A stretch of DNA of 64,000 bases from Selaginella moellendorffii. Lineage: Eukaryota > Plantae > Lycopodiophyta. The notes under the pieces are model-generated. The model ran no database searches and was not told where the DNA came from. It saw nothing but the letters and a program-made list of their open reading frames with translations. Positions 25,650 to 36,088 of the stretch are shown in pieces. Position 1 is the first letter of the stretch. Each line of letters starts with the position of its first letter. Where the stretch lies: positions 136,919 to 200,918 of the forward strand of contig NW_003314353.1 in assembly GCF_000143415.4 (NCBI RefSeq), given 5' to 3'. Position numbers and translations under genes: made by a program.

Positions 25650-25830
25650 TGCTCGTGAGCTCTAAAACCCTAGGAGTGACGTGGCGAGTGTGCGGCGTGG
25701 ATGAATAGGATTGGCCCATTTCGTCCACGTCAATTGCGTAGCTTTTCTCGCGTTGTGTGAGAATGATCAAAGGAGAAATCGCGCTCGTTCTAGCGCTAGG
25801 TCACAAATTCTAGCCGAGAAATCTCGCTAG
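25650..25830. promoter_or_regulatory. 181-bp bidirectional promoter with inverted TGACGTGG motifs and a site-II (GGCCCA) element
   Basis: tgacgtgg 25677-25684, ccacgtca 25725-25732, ggccca ~25713; divergent ATGs at 25649 and 25831. Confidence 0.55.
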
Positions 25831-27677
25831 ATGAGAGAGATCATCAGCATACACGTCGGGCAGGCAGGAATCCAGCTAGGGAATTCGTGCTGGGAGCTCT
25901 TCTGCCTGGAGCACGGCATTCAACCCAATGGAAAGGCGATCGATCGCAAGTAAGCGCGTGTCTTAATCCCCCGATTGCTCAAAGTTCCCCTCGAAATCTT
26001 CCTTCTCTTCCAGCGATCACCAGGAAGCCATGGCCGGAGCTACCAAGGAATCGTTTGGAACCTTTTTCAGCGAGGCGGCGTCCGCGACGAAGCACGTCCC
26101 AAGGGCGGTGATGGTGGATTTGGAGCCTACTGTGATCGATGAGATAAGAACTGGGAGCTACAGGGAGCTCTTCCATCCCGATCAGCTCATCTCTGGGAAG
26201 GAGGACGCAGCGAATAATTTCGCTCGAGGACACTACACAGGTATGTGATCGATCGATTGCTCCTAGAAATTCTTTTTCCCTCTTCCAGCTATAGTTGTGT
26301 TCTAGCTTTAGAACTCCATTGTGGTGATAGAAGTGCTCTAGAACACTATGGCTTTTCCCTCTTCTAGCTATAGTTGTGTTCTTCTAAGCCTCTAGCAGTA
26401 TATAATTTGCTCTAGAACACTATGGTTTATATTTTTTACATAGTTCTAGCTAGCTTTTAACACTTTGGTACTAGCTAGTCCATGGCTAATGGTTGATTAA
26501 CGTTATAGTGTTCTCCATTTTCCAGTTGGAAGAGAGATTCTGGAGCAGTGCCTAGACAGGATACGAAAGCTCGCAGACAATTGCTCGGGGTTGCAAGGAT
26601 TTTTGGTTTTCAATGCGGTGGGAGGAGGAACTGGCTCGGGTTTGGGAGCGCTCTTGCTCGAGAGACTGACTTGTGACTATGGACGGAAGTCCAAGCTCGG
26701 GTTTTCCATATATCCATCCCCCAAGGTAAGAAGTTCCTTCTTACAAGGTGACCAAAAACTAAAAGTTCTTGGCAGATCTCCACGGCTGTTGTGGAGCCAT
26801 ACAACAGCGTTCTAGCAACGCACGCTCTACTCGAGCACTCAGACGTAGTCGCGGTTCTAGACAACGAGGCCATCTACGACATATGCCGAAAGTCCTTGAA
26901 CATCGAGAGGCCGAGCTACACAAACTTAAACCGCCTCGTCTCGCAAGTCATCTCCTCGCTCACGACCTCGCTGCGATTCAACGGCGCTCTCAACGTAGAC
27001 ATCTCCGAGTTCCAGACCAACTTAGTCCCGTTCCCGCGGATCCACTTCATGCTCTCGTCCTACGCGCCGGTCATCTCGGCCGAGAGGGCCTTCCACGAGC
27101 AGCTCTCGGTTTCCGAGATCACCACGTCCGTCTTCGAGCCGGCGTCCATGATGGCCAAGTGCGATCCTCGCCACGGCAAGTACATGGCGTGCTGTATGAT
27201 GTACCGCGGCGACTTGACGCCGAAAGAAGTCCAGCAGGCGGTGTCAAACATAAGGACCAAGCGCTCGGTTCAATTCGTGGACTGGTAAGGCTCCAAAGCT
27301 TCGCTTTTGCTGGCTTTCAATCGATCTAACTTTTTTGCTCACTACTTCCAAGGTGTCCGACTGGATTCAAGTGTGGCATAAACTACCAGCCGCCGACGGC
27401 GGTTCCAAACGGAGATCTGGCGAGAGTGAAGCGCGCAGTGTGTATGATCAGCAACAACACCGCGGTGGCGGACGTTTTCTCGCACATAAACCACAAGTTC
27501 GATCTCATGTTCTCCAAGCGCGCGTTTGTTCACTGGTACGTCGGCGAGGGGATGGAGGAGGGCGAGTTCTCGGAGGCCCGCGAGGACGTGGCGGCCCTGG
27601 AGAAGGACTACGCCGAGGTCGCCCAAGACGGCGACGAAGACGAGCAATCCCAAGTCAACGGAGCCGAAGCGTACTAG
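25831..27677 (+). CDS. TUA: Divergent alpha-tubulin (exons 25831-25949, 26014-26240, 26526-26725, 26776-27284, 27353-27677)
   Basis: [56 protein letters not shown], terminal Tyr. Confidence 0.97.
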
Positions 27678-27967
27678 AGTCACAAGTCAACGACGTTGAC
27701 TTGACTGTGAAAGCCAACCGATATTCTCGGTGTAAAAAACTTCGTACAAATAAAACATTCCGTACGAAAATATGTGGGTTCGAGTGTACGGTTTCGGCTC
27801 ATAGAATATTCTATTTGGAGGGTAAGGATATTCTTCTAGTTTTTCGTACGGACCTTAATTCTTAGTGTTACGGAAACATCCCTTTGACATTCCGTACATA
27901 AAAGCCGTACACACCGAAAATTTAACACTCCCGATCGTTTTCTTTTCTCTTGCGCTGCTCCTAACTT

Positions 27968-29350
27968 TCAGGTCGACATCGCAATGAGCTGCTTGACATT
28001 GAATGGCGAGAGGTCGGAGGGCGGGCCATTGAGAAGCCTGTTGGTGATGAGCCTGTTAATGCTCTCGCTGGGATGGAACGCGTCCCAGAACACGTACTTT
28101 GTGCGGTCCGAGCACAGATTCGACAGCCCAGTGCACGTCAAGAGCCCGTTGTAGCTGCCTTGCCCGCAGCACGCCATGTTGGTGTACTGGAAGCCTGGAA
28201 GAGATGGACAAGTTTCACAGTGAAAACTTTAGATATTCACAGAGGAACTTGAGAGAAACTTGAGAGAAGCTTACAAACTTAGAGACCAACGTACCGTATT
28301 TGGATGGATTCTGGATGTACTCGTTGAGGATGTCGTAGCTGTTGACGTAGACAAATGTCGCTCCCTTGAGCTCCCGGTTGAGGCCCTCGATCATGGGTTT
28401 GAGCGCCGCATTGAAGCTCAGCGCGTGGTCATTGAGCTCCTGGATGCACTCGCCGGCTCTGGAGCTTCTCTGGAGCTGCGACGGGATACAGCCAATCGGT
28501 CCCATGTTGGACACGGTCACTTTGCGAGCGCCGAGGCTGTACACTGTCTGTAAAACCGGCGAGCGAGGAAAGGGAGTGGGGAATTAAAAGCAAAGGTGGG
28601 AAGGTAACAGCGACTTTACCTTGAGCTGGTTGCGCAGAGTCGCAATCAACAGCGCATTGAACTGCGATGGGGTGTACTGCCGAGCACGCTGCGCAAAGAG
28701 GAGTAAATAGTTGTTGATGTAGTCATTGCCACCGACTGTGAAGGAGTAAATCCCGTCCGAGATTAACTTCGCAGCTGCGGACGCTCCGGCCACAGCGGCC
28801 AGATCGCTTTTGTATTTTCTGAAGAGTCGGAATTGATCCGTCATTGTCAAGCGTTGAATCTGGAGATCAAGGAAGGACAAACGTGAAAACAAAAAAAAAA
28901 TTCATTTGAGAAGTCGAAACGGAAGAGCTCACGAAGATGGTTCCAGTGTCGTCCAGGATCCCGGCTCCAGCCGACGCGAAGTTGACACCCAGCAGCAGAT
29001 TCTGGCCCTTCGCCTGGGGATCCAAAACTGGGAGTATAGGCGGAGTCCCCATGTAATCACCTGAAACTCGAGATCATAGGTACGAAACTCCTCTATAGTG
29101 ACAACTTACTCAACAGGTCTGATATGATCTTCCCGTTGCAGAAGCGGCCGGTGGCCGCGCTGTTCGGGAAGTCGATGCCGTTTGGTGCGAAGTTGGCTCG
29201 GGCGATAGAATTGATGAAGTTGTTGTTGCCAGCATCAACTAGCGAGTCACCAAACACGAACATCGCCTTCGCTTTGGACCTGCTTGCCGATCCAGCTGCC
29301 GCTACGGAGATGAGAAAAGTCAAGAGAACAAGGAGCTGGAACGCTTCCAT
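27968..29350 (-). CDS. GDSL esterase/lipase (secreted, multi-exon)
   Basis: MEAFQLLVLL signal, FVFGDSLVDAGNN, GVNFASAGAG, GGNDY, WDAFHP. Confidence 0.95.
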
Positions 29351-29746
29351 TGTCCTTCGCTGCCCTGTTAGACAACACTTAGCAATCCAGCTTGAATGCA
29401 AACCGATATATGACTTTCGTACCTCTCGATGCGAAAGGTTCAACCCACAGCCAGCTTCGAAGCTACCGCATCGTACGTACGTCTGCAGCAAAATGGAGAG
29501 AATAGGAAGTGCAAGCTGCTCCTCGAAACCGAGCCTTATAGGCTTGAAACGGCTCTGAAGGAAAAAGAGAACAAACCAAGAGCATTTACCAGGCTCCATC
29601 CCACCACCACCACTTCCAGCTTTCTCGCTGCCATCGTCATTTGGCATACGTGACCAACCACCGTCATTGTTCACCCGGAACTAACTCAAGGCCTTGAATT
29701 CACGTGAAGATTATTAAATACACCGAGCAAACCGAGTTTGGTTGCG

Positions 29747-31093
29747 TCATGGAAGAGCTAGTAGCTGCCTGAGATTCATCGGGCTTATGACATTAGTACC
29801 ACCAAACAGAGTTTGCTGAGCAATGAGAATGTTTGCCTTTTCGGTGGGATGGTAAGGATCCCAAAATACGTACTTGGTTCGGTCGTTGCAGATGGTAGAG
29901 AACGCAGTGCAGATAAAGAGGCCATTGTAGTTGCCTTGACCACAGCACGCTGAGTTGGATACTGTAAAGCCTGGGTCCAGCTTGAGCGTGTGAGCAAAAC
30001 TTCAAAACAGGAAAAGAAAAACGAAAAACGAAAAACGAAAGGTCCTGATACATACCGTTTTTGCCTGGATTGGAGACCAAGTCTGAAAGAATGTCGTATG
30101 CGTTGACATATACAAAGAGAGCTCCTCTCAGTTCTCTGTTGAGTTCGTCAAGCATTGGTTTCAATTTGGAGTTGTAGTCCCTCGCGTACTCGTTCAGGTT
30201 CTGGACGCATTGTCCGTTGACACCTCTCTGAGTTATTTGAGAGGGGATGCAGCCTATTGGACCCATGTTGCCGACAGATATCTTGCGAGCTCCCATGTTG
30301 TACAGATCCTGTTGTTTCAATTCATCACTTCCGGCTAGAAACTCGAGTGGAGCTTGCCTTGAGTTGTTGCTTGAAAGTTGAGACGAGGAGAGTGTTGTAC
30401 TGCGGGGGTGTGTACTGCCTTGCTCTGGCCGAAAGAGCCTGAAGATAATTGTTGATGTAGTCGTTTCCTCCAATTGTGAAAGAGTACAGGCCGGCTGCCA
30501 CAATCCTATCTGCTGCTCGTCCTCCTACGAACGTCGCTAATTGGCCCTTGTACCGCCTGAACAAGTTGTATTGCTCAGAAACTCGCAAGCGTTGAACCTG
30601 GAAAGAAGAGTCTCCATCACATCCTTGAGCCGTGGACGCATTTTAACTTACAAACATCGCTCCTGTATCATCCAGAATCCCGGAGCCTGCAGAAGCAAAG
30701 TTTGCTCCCCTGAGAAGGTTCCTTCCAGTGTTCTTTGGATCTAGAATAGGCAGCACTGGCTCGGTCCCCATGTATTCACCTGCAAAAAGGTCATTCGGAT
30801 CCGGAGAGCATCAGAAAACGCTTACTTATGTAGTCTGCCACTAGCCGGCCATTGCAAAATCTCCCAGTCCCGAGATGATTTGGCCAGTCCTCGCCATTGG
30901 GAGCAAAGTTTGCCTTCGCCAGAGAATTCAGGTAGTTGTTGTTCCCGGAATCCACCAGCGAGTCACCAAAGATAAAGATCGCCTTTGCACCGCGGCCACC
31001 ACGACCACCACGACCACCATTTCTGTATTTCGCGTGTGACGTTTCTGCGGCAGCGAGAAGGATGACCAAGCTCAGAGCCAAAAGCTTCTGCAT
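29747..31093 (-). CDS. GDSL esterase/lipase (tandem paralog)
   Basis: MQKLLAL signal, FIFGDSLVDSGNN, GGNDY, WDPYHP; same exon layout as neighbour. Confidence 0.95.
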
Positions 31094-31707
31094 GGTGGTG
31101 CTCCTTCTCTAGATCCCTCTTGGCGAGCCTCTCTTAAAGCGGTGTTATGGACAGAGACCATCAATCCACCTGCATAAAAGAAGCAAATGAATCGTTACAT
31201 CATGGACAAAGCTCATATGACAAAAAAACGTTATAACTTGCCAGTAGCTTTAGCTTGTGAGCTTGTGGAGTTAAAACCAAAGCTTGCCCATGGGCGCCAG
31301 TGGATCGACGCTGCGACCAAAGATCGCGAGGCTCTTCCATTGCGGATCACATGTAGTGTACTAGGCACGGCATACAGTGATAGCATTTCCTCGATTCAAT
31401 GCCTGATATTGGGGTCCCTGTCAAGCCTTTAAGAGAAGAAATTTCTTGTCCAAGTTGATCTGCGCCAAGCCAAGCGGGATAAAAAAGACGATCGATTCAT
31501 CAACTCTCTACCTGGCAGCGATTAGGGTCTTGAATCGATCTTCCAATCCCGCGCTAGCGCGAGTGGGCTCCAACATTGAAGGATCTCCCAATAGCTCTCT
31601 GGCTGCCAGGCACAATAATTCTAAAACCCAAGCGAGGTGGCAGTATCTCAGTGGTTTGATTTGAATAGCCCGCCCATTGCTAATAATCTAGCTAGGGTTC
31701 TTCCCAA

Positions 31708-32842
31708 ATGGCTATGGCGATGGCGATGGCGCGGTGCTGTGGCGTCGGATGTCCACGAAGGCGCGATATCGCGCAGCACAGGGATGAATTCTTGAATCTG
31801 GCAGTGATTAAGCGGTACTCGCAGAGATTGGCTACGGCGCTAGCGATTTCAGGGCTTGTCTTTGTCGCTCCGCCCGCGGACGTTCGTTTCTTCACATCGC
31901 CATCGTTTTCTGCGCCGGCATTCGCCAGTGGACTTTTCCAAATGCCTCCCACAAGATTAAAGAACAGGCAAGTACTAGATGAAAATCTCTTCTTCTCTTT
32001 ACGAATTTTGTCCTCTTATCAGATATTTTCTAGTGCGAGCTGGAGAATCGGAGTATGAGACCAGTGGAATTATTAACACCAATCCAGTCTCTAAAACTTC
32101 GCTAGAGAATGGCTTGTCCGAAGCTGGAAAGAAGCAAGCAGTGCAAGCTGCTGTGAAGCTCAAGAACTTGGGAGCATGCAAAGATAGTTGCTGGATTTGG
32201 CCTTCTATCACTCAGAGATCTTATCAAGCCGCGGAATTAATCGCCTATGTCAACGACATATCACGTAGGTGCATATCTTTTTCCTATGTTCTTCCTTGTT
32301 CTTGTTTTGTGACCGCTTCTTTCCTTTTATTTTTTATTTTTTGCAGTCGAATTGTCCCAGAGTATAGCTTTTTGGACGCTCGAGGACTCGGAGCATACGA
32401 GGGTAAAACTCTGGATGCTGTGAACGAGGTAAGCTAGTGCTTTTTCTTAGCCACTTTTCAATACTGGTTCCACAAGGTTTATGAGACCGACGTCGTGTCG
32501 CTTCAATCACGACCTCCGCCAAACACAAATGGAACTCCCAACGAAAGTGTCGCTGACGTGTTTGTGCGCGTCACTCAGCTCATGTCCATTCTTGAGACGC
32601 AGTACGCTGGTGATAGCATTGTCATCGTTTCGCCTGATTCCGACAATCTCTCTGTTCTTCAAGCTGGTCTATATGGCTTGGATCTTCGCAGGTGACTTCT
32701 TTCTTCTTGTGTAGAATCGTTTTCAAGTTTTCAATTATACAGGCACAGCCAGCTTAGTTTTGCACCTGGCGAGGTACGAGAAGTGGACATCAAATCTATT
32801 CCTAAACCTTCTGCGCCATTATCTGGTTATCTACCTAACTAG
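31708..32842 (+). CDS. Plastid phosphoglycerate-mutase-like (histidine phosphatase fold) protein
   Basis: Transit-like N-terminus, GLFQMPPTRLKNRYFLVRAGES, EYSFLDARGLGAYEG, ESVADVFVRVTQL, SPDSDNLSVLQ. Confidence 0.88.
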
Positions 32843-33517
32843 AAACTGAAAGTATGGCCCATTCAACTTTAAGAGAGAATCGGACTTTGGATTATGGTAT
32901 GCGCTCTGAATCAAATGTTTTACCGGGTGCTCACGATTTTGCTTGTTCGCAGCTAGAACAATTTGGCAAACGCTTCTACCATGTCACTTATTCCTTCGAC
33001 AAGGTTACCAAGCAGTTCGAAAGCGTCTTTGTCCCTGAGCCAAAGCAGCAACAAAACCAATACTAGCAGCGATAGAATTCAGTCTCGCTTGATTCTGACT
33101 GTGAGTCACGATTTAAGTATTGAACAAGAAGAATAAGCGCCAACAGGATTCATCAACCAACTATTTCTTTTCTTCTTTTTCCTAGCTCTCGACGTACCAT
33201 CGAAAGATCAAGAAACCAAGAACAATCATCAGTAGCACCATGGGAGTTAACGGAGACGGAGAGGTACCTTCATTCATGTCTTACTTATTCCAAGCTCTGC
33301 ATTCAGGTTTCCTTCCAAAGCTGTAGTTTTGACTGACGGAGCTCTGACATATTCTTGTATTGCCATCACGCCGACGCATCACTCTGGCCCTGAAGCCGAG
33401 GCAAGTTGCTGGAGACTCTTTAAAAAGTCGGTAAAGCTTTGTTTCTGTAAGTTTGGTTGTCCTTTTACATTCTTTTCCTGTCAGCCGAAATTGGAACGTA
33501 TCAACTGTTTCGAATTA

Positions 33518-33928
33518 CTACGCCGGCCAGAATCGACCAACAGTGTCTAGAATTTTACAAGCCAGATCGAGAAAGTTTCCCAGATCCTTGACAATGTCCG
33601 AATCCTGGATCCAGAGCAGCAGCACCAACGAAAAGAGTGCCAGCAGCAGCAGCTCCCTCCGATGCAAACGTTCTCCAACAATCCAGGAATAACAATACTC
33701 TCCGAGAAGAGAGGCCACTAGCAAGAGCAAAACAATCGAAGCTACATTGGACCATGAGCGTTTTTCCTCGTGGACGAGCTTGAAGAGATCACTTCTCCTG
33801 ATCGTTATGATGTCTTCGCTATCGCCATCGCCAAAGTAGTAGTGATAGAGGTAGCGGAGCCTCCGGCGAATGTACCATGGACAGACGAGCAATCCCGCAA
33901 CAATCGTGAGAACCACGAAGAGAACCAT
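33518..33928 (-). CDS. Hypothetical small membrane protein (136 aa, three hydrophobic segments)
   Basis: ATG-initiated ORF with TM-like stretches; no recognised family. Confidence 0.35.
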   Translation of the reverse strand: MVLFVVLTIVAGLLVCPWYIRRRLRYLYHYYFGDGDSEDIITIRRSDLFKLVHEEKRSWSNVASIVLLLLVASLLGEYCYSWIVGERLHRRELLLLALFSLVLLLWIQDSDIVKDLGNFLDLACKILDTVGRFWPA

Positions 33929-34220
33929 GATGGATCGGAAAGAAACATGACAAAGAAACTATGAAACTCCATTACAAAACTCGAGAGTTATATGAAGAAC
34001 CTGAGACAACGAACTAAAAAACGCGAACAAAACGAAGACGTCACTTGCGTGTAGCTCAATGGTCAGAACTACAGCGCTCTCTCAAGTTGTGAAAATTCCG
34101 TGTGATTGCGATCGATCACACTTGGTTCATCACGTCAAACGCGGTCTCTACTGATCTCACAAGGGACGCGCAAAAAAGGCTTGGAAAAGTTCTCACTTTG
34201 ATTGATTCACACAAAACTTT

Positions 34221-35721
34221 TTACATTGCAGAGCTCCGCTTGCCATCTTCCTCGATGAAACCAGGCAGGATCACCGCGTCGCGCTGGTTATCGAGCACGG
34301 CTTCCAAGCGCTTTGCGTCGACGTTGAAAGTCTTGGACATGATGTCCTTGCTGAAAGCCTTAAACACGGAGTTGGATCCTGCGAAAGATAAGAACGATCT
34401 TTTGAGGCCAAGAACTACGTGAAACACTATCAGACCTGCCAAGAACTGTGGACGGTTCCGCCGAGACGATGTGCTGAATCCAACGAACTCGAAATCACCA
34501 TTCCGGGAAGCGATTTGGCACATCGGGAAGTAGCGAGGGACGAACACCACCTTGCTCTCGTCCAGTTCCTTGTCGAGCGCGTTGGTTCCATTCGGGTATG
34601 AGACTTGGATCCTTCCGTTGCCCTTGGTGATGAAGGCTACCTCGGCAGCTCTGGGATTCCAGTGCGGTGCGAGCATAGCTCCCTGGCAAAACCACGAAGT
34701 TTAGTTTCCTGGCAATAGAGATCACAGATGTTGGAACTTACTGGCTTCAAGCTGACTGCGAAAACTCCGACGTCCGCCTCTTTCAAGGGACTGAATTCCG
34801 CGCCATGGACAGCGATCGTCCAGCCGTTCTCGTTCTTAAAGTCGGGAGCTTTCTTGAGCAAGTTGAACGGCTTAGGCGCGTCACCACGAGCATTTGAAGC
34901 GGCCGAGTCTCCCTTCAAGAAATCATATCCAGCCCGTGATGTGTAGACAATGGGACCTTCGGTTTGGGAGCCCAGGATCTCTGAAACATCCTCGGGAGCC
35001 ACCTACAAGAATCAAAGGTATTCATTCATGTAAGAGAAGGAACGAGCAAAAGTTGATATGCTTACCTTCAAAGCAGCAGCGACGGCCTCCTTACGAAATC
35101 CCGAGAGAATCGTTCGAGGATCAACTCCACCACCAACGAAAAACGATTGGAAGTGTCCAGCATCGAGGCTCTCGGATGTGTCACACATCCCATACAGACG
35201 CAGCCTCTGTCCCTCGTCGGTGTTGAGGACGTAGAACACGAAACCACCCGGGAGAGCGTAGATATCTCCAGTCTCTAAGTCCTGCCGGTTAAGGTAGTCT
35301 TGCTCGGCCCATCCCAAAGTCATTCGTCCTGGATTGATAGAAAGGATTTAGAGGAAACAAATCGAAATCCAAAAGAGAGAAGAGAGAAGCTTAGCTTACC
35401 TTTGTGGACGTAAAGCACGCAAGAGGCATCGAGGTACTGTGGAAGCAAAAGGCCCTTGGGCTCGATGGTGATGATGCTGAGACCAATGTGGTTCTCTGCA
35501 AGGGCTCCCAGCTCTTTGGGACCGGGAAGAACTTGGATATCCCCGGCTTCCGTACTCACCACCTGTACGGGTTCCTTGAGCACGAAAGGACTGGTCGCTT
35601 GCTTGTGATGGTCGCCTTCTTCGTCGCCACGGTCGTGGCGCTCATGGCGATCGTGTTCACTCGCGCTGGATGAGACGATAAGCAGGGCTAGCGCGCACAG
35701 GATCAGCGATTTTCGAGCCAT
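34221..35721 (-). CDS. Vicilin-like (7S globulin, bicupin) storage protein
   Basis: Signal peptide, His/Arg/Asp-rich leader, GLLLPQYLDA, PFNLLKKAPDFKNENG, MLAPHWNPRA, VPRYFPMCQIA, RPQFLAG. Confidence 0.93.
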
Positions 35722-35983
35722 TGTGTGAATCTGTAGAGAGATTTTAGAGAAAACTATCGACGAACGAACAAGAACACAAGAAAATCCACGAAATGTCGTC
35801 CAAAATCGAGAAGGGAACCACGAATCATCGCGATCAAAGAGGATAGCTCGATCGATGCAAGAATCCTGGCCAAGATCGCAAGAAAGAATGCTTACCCTGG
35901 GAGAGGAAGACGGAGGCGCTGCTTGGATGGAATGGCCGATCGATGGCCCTTAAAAATACGCCCTCGAGCGCCTCATCGTTTCC

Positions 35984-36002
35984 CATGCAAGCATTACATG
36001 CA
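35984..36002. promoter_or_regulatory. Two RY elements (CATGCA) upstream of vicilin
   Basis: catgca at 35984-35989 and 35997-36002, upstream of a probable 5' UTR intron (35731-35895). Confidence 0.5.
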
Positions 36003-36088
36003 GTGGGCAGGAAGGGTATATTCCTGTCATGATTCTTGAATAGATCCCAGCCGTTGCGCGTGGAATAGGGTTAGGGCTTCGCGGAGCG

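Noticed and set aside
26591-27288. Dinitroaniline-resistance substitutions in alpha-tubulin
   Set aside because: Residues equivalent to L136, T239 and M268 are wild type
31187-31664. Small gene or third GDSL copy between GDSL and PGM-like genes
   Set aside because: Possible splice signals give only very short peptides with no GDSL motifs
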